NCBI RefSeq assembly: GCF_037042905.1
Contig: NC_087245.1
Location: 41,046,001 to 41,110,000, forward strand
Reading direction: 5' to 3'
From: Lytechinus pictus
Taxonomy: Eukaryota
DNA: 64,000 bases
The position numbers and the translations under genes are program-made. Positions 49,701-61,320 of this stretch are shown piece by piece. The notes below the pieces were generated by a model. The model was given only the letters and a program-made list of their open reading frames with translations. It was not told the DNA's origin and did no database searches. Numbering within the stretch: the first letter of the stretch is position 1; the number at the start of each line of letters is the position of its first letter.

Positions 49701-52579
49701 ACACTTAATTAAAAAAGTTCTATGAATAATGATCTATAAATAGTGATCTATGATTTTTATCTGTCTATATAGATTACTACATGTGCATTATCTAAATAAT
49801 ATTGCATGGAAGAGAAGGGCCTAATAAAAAGTTTTAAAGTTCTTAATAAACTGGACTAGATGAGTAAGAATAATTTGTATCAGCAGCTCATTTTGTTCTT
49901 TTCTCTTTTTTGTTTACCATGCAGGTTTTGCAGGCTGTTTGAGTATCACCATGGCAGATTAAGAAGAAATATATTGGCCAAGTTCATAACAAGTAGTTAC
50001 TTCATCACAATTACACATTTAAAAAATTGAATGAATTTGAATAAATGTGTCAATACATATTGAATGTTGCTTGAACTACACATCTGTAGAAAAAATAATA
50101 ACATTGGAGCATAAATATTTAAGTCCATAGGTTTCACACAATATTAAAATATTTTCCCAAAGGGCACACCTACCCACCCTTTATTAAAGTTCTAATCATC
50201 TAAATGGAGTAGTAGTGAAATAACTTGTAATATTACTATTTTGAAAGGGATAGGTTGCTTTCTGGTAATATAATCAATTCAGAATGGGTCTTTACTGAGG
50301 TCTGGGCTATGTAACATACATGCCTACAGACATACATAAGACAATAAGAAATAATGGGTTTTCGTTGAAAAATGTGCATACTAAAACAGGTGACAGAACA
50401 AAGGACTAAGAAATCACTCTCATTCCTGGACCCCCTTTCATTAAGACTAACCACTACCCTAACTTTGCCATTCTAGTTACAATTACCATGGAAACATTAA
50501 AGCAACAGATCAACATTGAGGTTAGTTGCTGGTTACAATTGGGGCAAATTTACAATAATTGAAGTCTTCATAAAACAAGGACCCAGCTGTAGTGCTGGAC
50601 ATTAAGCTGTTGAATTTATTTTTTGAGAAGTGAAAAGTGGCACTGTTTTGTTTGTTTTTAATCCCTTCTTATTCTCATAACACTGTATTGTCCATGTCCC
50701 GTATTATGAACTAAATTAGCTCTGCAAATAAAAAAAAAATGTTGGAAAAAGAACACAGCACTTCACAACAATAGACAATATGCAATTTTGTTACTGATTT
50801 ACTAATATGCAGGTTTGGGAAGGCACTCTTTAGAGAAATGTGGAAACAGGCTCCCTTTTCTTGTGAAGTGCCCCCAGTTAGATAAGCATGCTATTTCTTG
50901 TCAGCAAATGCTGAAAAAATTACTTGATATTTGAGGAACCGACTTTGAGAGAGAGGTATATTAATCTTTTTTAATGACATCCTTCATGCCCCATTATATT
51001 GACTATATAAGGCTTATCGATACCTGTGAAAGTGAATATACGTACTTATTTTTTTATTTATTTTTTCTCTAGATTTTACCCAAAAATACATCCATTCCCT
51101 TGTAACAACCTTGCAATTTCTGTTGCTTTCATCATATGCATTTTGCTGATGTAATGTGATGCTTTGGCGAAAAAAAAAGGATAGGAATATTTTTATCACG
51201 TATTCAAAAATTTATTCCTTAATAAACATTTTAATTTGAAATATAATTTCTAATCTTGATTTATCCGTAATTTATTTAATCCACCAATTCATATTGCGTG
51301 AAAGATATGTGATGATGATGTTGTTGCTACCAAACTATGTTGTGATGAAATGGCACTATTTAGATGATGGTAATGATGATAATGAAGAATACTTCTATAT
51401 GACTGGAATATGATGGTGCTACTGATTAATTGATTGATTGATTTTGTTTGTCAGGTATCTATTGGTATGATACTAGTACAACAGGTAAGAGTATAACATT
51501 AAGTATCAAAATACCATGCATGCATGGCAAGATATTCCATAAAAGCCATTGCAAAATAGCATACTGTGACATTTTATCATAAGGCGCAGCCAAATTAAAT
51601 ATTCTTCCTAAAGAGATAAATGAGTTTGATTTAAGAGTGGGATAGAAATAAAAATGATATGAGAATAATTTGTTGCTCGCATGATTATGTGGTATGTGTG
51701 TGTGTGGAAGAGAGAGCTGGAGAGGGGGGGGGGGTGGGATCAAGAGATTTAGGGTGCGGGCATGTACAAACAAATTTATTTTGCTTGAAAGTGACCTTTA
51801 TAAGATAGCCTTGATGAGAGCGAATTCATGCGGAGGGGGGGGGGGGTACTGGGCTTTTTTTTTGCTCCCATCCCAAACTCAGAAAATTTGTTGTTTTTTA
51901 AATCTTCATAAGATTTGCACCAGATTGCTCATTTCAATTTCATAAGGACAAAATTACCTTCTGATTGCTTTGCTCTCTTGCTCAGATTTCTCTGATCATT
52001 TGAGTACTTACCCCCCCCCCCAAAAAAAAAAAAATAATAATAATAATAACATATAAATAATTATGGCTATTCATGATGTGTAATGAAAATAATATGCAGT
52101 GATGAACACCTGATAGAGCAAGCACATCCCAAAGTTCAATCATGATTAATAAATCCCTATTGTAAGCTTCCATATGTCTTCCAGGGAAATATAGCTAGCA
52201 AATAAATAATTGTATTAATTGATGTAGTAATAATCGCGACAGATAATGATTAAAAATATGTAAACAAAGAAAGATGAATAAACAACTGAATACCGCGGGG
52301 GGGATGAACGGGGAATGAATGAATTAATTTCATATTCAATCACGTCGCGCATTATGCTAATTAGTGACAATATTCTTATTTGCATATTTTTACGCTCTGC
52401 GCGCAGGCCAATTATGACCACGCCTCCGTTTCGCTGGTGTGCCATGAAGTTGCGGTGTCCATAGGCTTGTACGCGAAAAATGGGAGCAGTGTGCACTTTT
52501 GACCTTCCAAAATTTCCCCATGTCTGACCGGATGCAGAAGCGGAGTTTCACCCCCCTGTCACACTCTCTCCTTTTCGCT

Positions 52580-54062
52580 GTAAGTTAAGAGAATTTCAAT
52601 AAAAACTTTTACACAGCATCATATTTTGTAATGACAAACTTTTCCAGTTTGGTATAATACATTCCAATGCTTACTCTTTCTGTAGAAAAGAGATAGAAAC
52701 ATATTAACATGTATGCTGGAGTGCCTAAGATTTGGACTGAAATAGGAAACAAATCACATCTTTTAAAAGTCCTTGATATACAATGGCTTGAAGTATTGGT
52801 GTTAGAGACAATATAAAACACAATGCTCTATTAAATAATGTAATAATTTTGGTCAAATATATGATTTACAATAACCGTAAACTGGGAAGGGTCCCTACAT
52901 GTAAAGAAGTATGCAGTGCCATTAAAAGGTCAAAAAAGATCGAATATGAAAAGGCAAAAAGAAAGGATACATTGGCTCTACACAAAATGTTTTCCCAATT
53001 GTCGGTTTGAGTCCCGTTTGAGTCAATTACACTCAGGTGTTTATTTATTTATTTATTTATTTTTCTTTCTTTCTTCAAACTCTTTCTCCCACTGATCCAT
53101 ATACCCATCAATTCAAATCAGTATATTAAAAAAAAATCAATATATGATTATCTTCCTACAAAGCTTATGTTGTATAAAATGATTTATAGTATAGTATTGG
53201 AATAATAGTAATTCAATACTATAAAATATATCATGATGCCATTATGGGTAAAAGATAAAGAAGGTGGGTTTCAGTTTGGGTGATCTCCCTTCACATTTTT
53301 TGTTTTTGTTTTGTTGTTGTTTGTTTTTGTGTGTTTTATATATAAAATCTTTATTCAGATTGTTGTACACTTTTTAAGTATCAATACAAGTGAAAATAAC
53401 TGTTTTCTCTGTTTGTATTATGGGTTGTGATAATCTTTGTTAAAAAATGTTTATCATAATGTATAATATTTCATTTGTTATACTGCTGTATACATGTACT
53501 TCACTCTATTTTGTATATTTTCTTTATTACCCTTGTATTCATGAAAAATATGATATTATCTAAATAAAGGCTAAAAAACATTAAAAAAAACTTAATAATT
53601 CGGGTCAAACAGTATATGATTTACAATAACCGTAAACTGGGGAGGGTCCCTACATGTAAAGAAATATGCAGTGCCATTAAAAGGTCAAAACAGATTGAAT
53701 ATGAAAAGGCAAAAAGACTCTACACCATACAAAATGGGGGATTTTTCCCCATTGGTCGGTTCGAGTCAATTACACTCGAGTGTTTATTCATTTATTTTGC
53801 TTTCTTCAAACTCTTTCTTCCACTGATCCTTACCCATGAATCAATTCAATTAAAAAACATCAAGATACGATTATCTTGCTACAATGCTCATTTTACATAA
53901 AATGATTTATAATATAGTATTGGAATAATAGTAAGAAATCATGCATGGTAAAAAATAATTTAGTTTGGCTGCTCTCCCTTCCCATTTTTTTTTGTTTTTT
54001 TTTTGTTTTTGTGTGTGTTTTATACATAAAATCTTTATTCAGATTGTTGTACACTTTCTAAG
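52580..54062 (+). mobile_element. L1/Tx1-like LINE 3' fragment with a tandem duplication of its 3' end
   Basis: NALLNNVIILVKYMIYNNRKLGRVPTCKEVCSAIKRSKKIEYEKAK; about 52847-53375 is repeated at about 53597-54062. Confidence 0.65.
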
Positions 54063-55470
54063 AATAAATTTAGAGACTTGATTTTTTGTATTGTCTTGCA
54101 AAATATGGAGATACAAATATATATATCTAATTTGGGCCATACGGGGTAATATACGTCTGAAAAAAAGGGTATCTTAAGGGGAATTCGTTCTAAAGGGGAA
54201 GTTTTCAGTTCCTTAGTAGTAGTCTCGCAGTTATTATCTTGAATGTCAAGAATGTTCAATTTTCAGGACAAAATACAGTTTAAAAAAAAAATCACCTCGC
54301 GCTTCGCGTTCACACTATTTAAATAGGGCTTAAGAGATTATTACACATTTATGTTGTTTTATAAGAGTAAAGCTAAGAAATGAAATTAGGACATGGGCGT
54401 TTTGCCCCTTCCCCCATTTTTCACGACCAAAATAAAAAGAAAGAAAAGGAAAGGGATAAGGGTAAAATATGATAGTATTCTCTAAATGTCATGTTAAAAT
54501 CTGTCACAAACATGGATTTTTGTAATAAAAATGTCAAAAATTTTGCTCGCTCGCTTTTATCAACTTCTTATCAATTTTACGCAATACGCCATATCGAACC
54601 CTCTCAATTTTTCTGGCTCATTACGCCATTGGGACAACCCTCTTTAAAGAAACAAACAAAAATCAACTTTGAGCGGCCGATTGGGGAAAATATGGGTGAA
54701 AAAAAATTGCCCCCCCCCCCCATTAGCGGAAGCTGGATCCGCCCCGGGGTGGGCTGATTGATATGTCCCCACTTTCTTTTTTCTTGTTTTATTACATGAA
54801 ATCATATCTTACTTGTTCATACCTCTCTGTGTATATGTATGCCTCCCTTGTAACAAATTAAGTTGAACCAATGATTATCTTATGCATCAAATTAGTTGTC
54901 AATCCATTTTTTAAAATTCTTAGTGGGCAAAATTTGAATAAATATGATTTCATAATTATGAATATGTGGGGATATTACATGATCATCTTGCATATTGAAT
55001 ATTCATGAAGACATGCACAGATTTTGATGAAATTTCCAATACTTTGTTTGTCTTATTTTTCTCTATCTGCTCAACCCATGCAGCCTGAACCCATACTACT
55101 TTCAGCATGGAGTACCCCTTTAAGTTCATGAGGCCGGTATAGGACCAGACACCCCTATACCCGGCCTTTCAGTGTGTCCCCGTGGCACGCAACAAGGTGG
55201 CTTTTGAATTTTGGTATATAGCGGCAACAAGTATTGGACTTTCTGATGCGACGAATGAAAGTTGACTTGATCATAATTCAATCTTCAGAAAAACAAGCAA
55301 TTTATTGAAATATGGATAACCAGTTCAATCGAAATAGGTGAAGTGCTTTGAAGAACAACAACAAAATGCATATCTGGTTTAGGATAATGATGACACCTCC
55401 AAAGAAACTATAAAAAAAACTGAATTCAAACAATCTCCTTGAAAAAAGAAAATCTTCAGCTGGCACTAAC

Positions 55471-55606
55471 CTCTGTAATTTGTTGTGATGTTATCCCCAA
55501 TGTTGAAAATAAAAACAGTCATGAAGAATATTCCAGTGACAAGAAAGCTAAACATGCAATTCTGAAGATTCCTTGGCCATCGAATGAATAGGCCCATCTC
55601 AGGCAT
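55471..55606 (-). CDS. Paralogous (distal) first coding exon of the sialyltransferase-like gene: alternative or orphan exon
   Basis: MPEMGLFIRWPRNLQNCMFSFLVTGIFFMTVFIFNIGDNITTNYR-G|GTTAG. Same 136-nt length, phase and donor context as 46656-46791; shared LQNCM, GIF and N-x-R motifs and similar upstream sequence. Confidence 0.65.
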
Positions 55607-55774
55607 TGTTATTTATTGCTGCGGAATCGCGGTCTTTTACAAATATTTCACAGCGCCTTAACGGTCTGATAATCAATGTCATTTAGTTCTGTAATAATCG
55701 TCGAGGCATTGCGCGATTTATCATTTTTCTTTCTTAAATCGCATTTACTACCCTTGTCGGTTATCATTATGATA

Positions 55775-56444
55775 CTAGTGGGTTTTCGCCCAGCGTCGTA
55801 CGACGTAGAACGTACGTGTGCAAAAATCGCCAACTTTCATGGAAACAGAGGCCCGAGCGTTCTTGAGCTCAAATCACGGACGGTTCTTCCGCAAATTAGC
55901 GGGCGTCCGCATTAGAACGTAGGATTTGTCAACAGCCGTCAACAGCCAATCAGATCGCTTGTAGAGCGAGCAAGCTGAGCCGATCGACATTCGCCCATCG
56001 CGTGCATGCACAGTACATGTTGTACTCTACTCTGACTACACTGATAGCTGAAAGCTTCAAAACATGGACTCGAATGCGAGTTTTTCGGTGAGTACCATTT
56101 CAATTATACTAAAATCAAGCTAAGTATAATTTCAAAATGTTACAGTAGAAGTTTAAACGAGTATGATTATTGAAATATGATTGAAAAGCCGTTGCATGGC
56201 TCGGTCGACGACGCGACTGCAAGACACATGGCACTGCCAGTTGTGTGCACATAGTAGGAACATATACAATGCACATGTTGGCGTGTCAACATTACATGCC
56301 AACCATGCCAGCCGGTCGATCCGGCCGCGTTCAGCGATTTGCGAAACTGCTTACAAGCGAGAGTTGAGCGCGACGGACGCACGAACAAAGAGATCGTTCT
56401 ACGTCGTAGATAGCGTCGTACGACGCTGGGCGAAAACCCACTAG
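55775..56444. mobile_element. Non-autonomous DNA transposon flanked by TA, with a 31-bp perfect TIR
   Basis: TA|CTAGTGGGTTTTCGCCCAGCGTCGTACGACG ... CGTCGTACGACGCTGGGCGAAAACCCACTAG|TA. Confidence 0.85.
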
Positions 56445-56614
56445 TAGCTCGGGGCACGTCCTCTGTTCAAAGGCCATCATCATGGAGCTAACAAGAACTA
56501 TAGTGAGACAATGCGCAATTAATGTATGCGTATCCAATTAAAATTATTGATTTTCGTCAAAGACCCGATAATGAAATCCGGGAATGATATATGACACTCG
56601 CGTAAAGTATCTAT

Positions 56615-56761
56615 CAGGGGCCGCGGAACCGGGGGGGGGGGGGGGGGGGCTTCAGCCCCCACTTTTTTCCAAAACCGTGTACAAAAACGTAAAAATGACC
56701 ATATGATTGTGATTTTTAGCATGGTCGGCCCCCCACTTTGAAAACCGTTCCGCGGCCCCTG
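56615..56761. mobile_element. Small MITE with 5-bp TSD (hAT5-like)
   Basis: TCTAT|CAGGGGCCGCGGAAC ... GTTCCGCGGCCCCTG|TCTAT. Confidence 0.8.
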
Positions 56762-57818
56762 TCTATTACTTGCAGTAGCCCATGGGCCACATCGCCCGTA
56801 GTCCCATATTGATTGGATGGGTTTTTTTTTTGCTGCTTCCAGTGAATACAAACAAACTGACTTCCTTATACTTCATAAATAATACTTCAAGGTACCAGTA
56901 AAATAAGTACATGTAATTCATAAATTTATGAATCAGTTCAATTGATCCATTCATTCCATTTTTCCGATTCACTGGAAGGAACATAATAACTATATAGAGA
57001 AAAAAAACACGCCCAAACATCCCCCACACAAAAATAATAATCCTTGTCCTTCAGGTCCCCCCCCCCCTCCCCGGCCACTCCATAAGCCGCCTCCCTATCC
57101 GCAGGACCTAGACAAACCCCGGAAAGTACACAAGGAATTCACAGAAGAAAAATAAAAAAACAAACATTAGAATCTGCAGAAAAGCAAGGACACGACACAA
57201 CCCTATCTTAATAATACCTTGGATGTAGGCATATAAAGTTAATAACTTATTTGAGGGGAGAGAGAAGAAGAAAAAAAAAGAGAGGGGTAAATGGAAAAAA
57301 ACAACACTCTGCCATTCATTCGGAATCCAAAGCCTCCCATTTTTATTAGATGTAAAGATAGGGTGCGCCACGAGAGGGTACATGGGTAGACAACCCCCCC
57401 CCCCCCTTAAAAGGAGCTGAGTCCCGTATAAGCAATAACGTCTGTCTTTGCCCGTAAGCTTAGCAATCAATCGTATGCTTGATCTTCACTATAATTGATT
57501 GTACATTGTAGTCAATGGAATCAAATCGTAGAATAATGTTATACGACATTTGCTATATAAGTACGGGCCCCAGATCGTCAAAAGAAAAAAAATTGGTGAG
57601 TGAAAATGCAAAGTTGAATCCTGAGATATAAGAAGCAGTGCTGACTTTGATAAACAACTTTTGAATAATTATTCACAAAAAACAGCATTCATATGAAAAT
57701 AGTATATTATGTTCAATTACCCTAAATGACCTCTGACGTTTGCTCGTGTTATTTGATCAGTGATATATAGGCCTGCATTATCCGTTTAAAGCGTTTGTGA
57801 CTGTGTGCCAAGTCTTAA

Positions 57819-58242
57819 GGCGACCGCACACATTACGATTGGTCTGCGACCCGATTTCAGCTTAAAATGTAGTAGAATTTGATGCTAAAATTGAGACCTG
57901 GAATATCTTATACTGTGAAAATAATGTTCTAAATCATCGTACGAATACCAATGTTGAAATCTGTGACTATGCTATAATCCTTCTTTTTATAGAATAAAAG
58001 CGAATTTAATATCTAGTCATAATGACGTCATAGCAGTCGTACGATTGGCTACGATTTGAAACTAATTTGGCCTTTACTCTGAAAAAAAGGCTTGCAATCT
58101 TTCAAAATGGTTATATTAGTATTCTTTCAATTAATTTAAGCCTCAAATAAAATGATGTGTTCCATTCACATTTTCAGAAAATGAGCAAAATGCGATTTGT
58201 TCCAAAATCGGATCGCGAACAGTCGTAAGGTGTGCGGTGGCC
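57819..58242. mobile_element. MITE at a TTAA site (Harbinger-like ends)
   Basis: TTAA|GGCGACCGCACACATTACGA ... TCGTAAGGTGTGCGGTGGCC|TTAA. Confidence 0.8.
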
Positions 58243-58245
58243 TTA

Positions 58246-59431
58246 AGCCCCTTTCACAATTGACGTACGACCTGTTTACGACCACCTGCAACAGTTTTTT
58301 CTTGTTGTTGCACGATCGATCCCTTGGTGTCTTGCGAGCACTCGCAGTCGTTGTAGACGATCGCACAAACTCGAGGTGGTCGGAGGTGATCGTGACTGGT
58401 CGCATCTGAACGTTGAACATGTTCAAAATCCAAACGCGATCAAATACGATTGATTCACTCGCAACAGGTCGTACCATCGGTCGGGCGATCATCGTGTGAG
58501 TGTTGTTCAACGTTGTACGACTTGGTGCGAGAGGTGGCACAACTAAGTATAGTCGCATTTAGTCGACTTGAGGTCGTACAACACTTGCACATGTGCTGGA
58601 GACCTACAGAGACCAGTCTTGCGACTGGGTGCGATAATATGAGACTGTTGCAAGACCGATCGAAATTACGGCTTACTACATTCCACTACCGTTGCATTCG
58701 CATGTATGCGACCGTTCAGCCCCTTTCACAATTGACGTCCGACCAGTTTACGACCGCCTGCAACAGTTTTTTCTTGTTGTTGCACGATCGATCTCTTGGT
58801 GTCTTGCGAGCACTCGCAGTCGTTGTAGACGGTCGCACGAACTCGAGGTGGTCGTGGCTGGTCACATCTGAACTTTGAACATGTTCAAAATCCGAACGCG
58901 ATCAAATACGATCGATTCACTCGCATCAGGCCGTACCCGGGGTCGTACCATCGGTCGGGCGATCATCGTGCGAGTGTTGTTCAACGTTGTACGACTTGGT
59001 GCGAGAGGTGGCACAACTAAGTAGTCGCATTTACTTGACTGGAGGTCGTGCAACACTTGCACATGTGCAAGCGACCTACATGTACAGAGACCTGTCTTGC
59101 GACTGGTTGCGATAATAATATGGGCCATAAGACTGTTGCAAGACCGATCGCAACGGCTTACAACATTGCACTACCATTTCATTCGCATGTATGCGACCGT
59201 TCCACTCGCAATCCCTCGTGCAACACTCGCATGTGATCGCACGAGCACAATAAGAGCATATGCGACTTACTCGTGCAACGGGGTTTACTGGTTGTTTTTG
59301 TTGTAAAACAGCTGTTGCAACTGTGAAAGCCTCTGTGCGATCTTATGAGATGACTAGCGATTGATGCCTGTTGCAGCCTGTCGCACGACCAAAAGGTCGC
59401 AAATGGTCGTACGTCAATTGTGAAAGGGGCT
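58246..59431. mobile_element. PIF/Harbinger-like MITE with a duplicated ~470-bp left arm
   Basis: TTA|AGCCCCTTTCACAATTGACGTACGACC ... GGTCGTACGTCAATTGTGAAAGGGGCT|TTA; a second left end begins at 58718. Confidence 0.85.
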
Positions 59432-59438
59432 TTAAGAA

Positions 59439-60789
59439 CAGTGGCGTAGCTACGGGGGGGCCTGGGGGGGCACGTGCCCCCCCTGAGATTTGGTGTGCCC
59501 CCCCAGGTGCCCCCCCAGAAAAAAATTGGCAGAGCAAAAAAAAAGGAAAGAAAAAACGGAGAAAGAAGAAAAGAAAAAAGGAAAAGAAGAAGAAAGACAG
59601 AAGAAAACAAAAAAGAAGAAGAAAATAAGAGGAGGAAGACGAGTGAATGAAATAATGTAATTAAAAAAAAATCTTGTTATGTTACTATATAAAATGTTTG
59701 CTGGCGCTTCGCGCCAGAATTGCCTGTTCGATGAGATTTATATCTTGCTCAATAGGCTGATATGGAGCAAGTTTTGAAGTCAATATGCAAAACATTTTAT
59801 CTCGGACATCCAGCTTTCATTATTTTTTTTTCATTTACAAATTTCAGTGCTCTGTAAAATGTCCGTTTTATGGTCTACATATATCAGCATTTTAAGCTCA
59901 CGCTGCGTGGTCACATTGTTTGATTTGCGAAGTTCATAATGTCTACGTGTATTCCATAATATTCCATTAAACAAATGTATTCAGAATGCCCAGATTCTAG
60001 GTCTAAATCTACAACATCGCGCGATAGCCTGCATGTTCTTTATTTAAAATATACATGTACTTAAATTATCCAGTTTCACATCAGAATATCAATAATTGTC
60101 TGCTCACGCTTCACGATCGCATTATTAATGATACCTTATCGACTATATCCTATTTATGATTTACAAAATATGAATAGAATGTCCCGCTTTTAGGTCTAAA
60201 ATCTCAATTTTCTTCCTCTCGCGCTTCGCGCTCGCATCAATTGTTTAGTTACATACCTATCCCATTTATTAATACAAAAAGTGCTTAGAATGACAATTTT
60301 TTAGGTCGGAATATAAAAAAAAGTTTGCTCGCGCTTCGCGCTCGCATTATTGAAATATATACCGTCTTCGTGGGTAACTGTAAGCAGTCCTTAACAGGTC
60401 CCTTTTCGATAAGCTAGAACAGTTGATAACAATTTCTGTTCGCGCTTGGCGTTCGCAGTAGCCATCTAGTTACATACGAATCTTGTTCAGGATCACACAT
60501 AACATTGCCCAGAAAATTAAATTAAAAATACATGAAAGTTAAAAAAAAAATTGCTCGCGCTTCGCGCTCGCACTTTTTATCAGGCTTATGAGATTATTTC
60601 ATGTTTATGTTGTTTTAAAAGAATAAAACTAAGAAGTGACTGATATAGGTGAAGATAATTTCGGGCCCCGTCCATTGTGACACATACACACACACACACA
60701 CACACACCGGAAAAATGGTCGGTGCCCCCCCTGAAAAAGCAAGGACCCCCCAGTGCCCCCCCGGGAGAAAAATCCTAGCTACGCCACTG
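59439..60789. mobile_element. Non-autonomous hAT-type element
   Basis: TIR CAGTGGCGTAGCTA / TAGCTACGCCACTG; right TSD CTTAAGAA. The left copy is restored when the adjacent MITE is removed. Confidence 0.85.
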
Positions 60790-61320
60790 CTTAAGAAGCA
60801 CTATAGGAGTAAACCGAGGAAGTAGACAAAAGTTGAAACGACCGCCCAAACGTATGCTGATTACCCACGCCAAACGAAACCCTCGAATTTGGCAACTTTC
60901 ATATCCCAGCCTCACCCCCATCAATAATACAAACTGAAAAAATAATAGTAATAATAATAATAATGATATTATTATTAATAATAATGATAAAAATACAGTA
61001 ATAATGATGATAATAAAATCAATAGTTAACATTTCTTATGCTAGTATATGAATAATACATTTATGATACTATCAAATCTCTATGCACTTTAGATAGTTTT
61101 AGAAAAGAAAATTAAACTATAATGGTTTTAACCATTGATCATCCCCACCATCATCATCACCATTATTATCACCATCATCATCATGATAATTACCATCATC
61201 ACCATCATCAACTTCACCATTATCATCACCACCATCACAACCACCACTATCATCACCATCATCATTACCACCACGACCATCCCCACCATCATCATCACCA
61301 ACACCACCACCATAATTCTA

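Noticed and set aside
58166..59306. Cluster of 60-140-aa ORFs
   Set aside because: They lie within a duplicated, CpG-rich MITE arm and show no transposase motifs.
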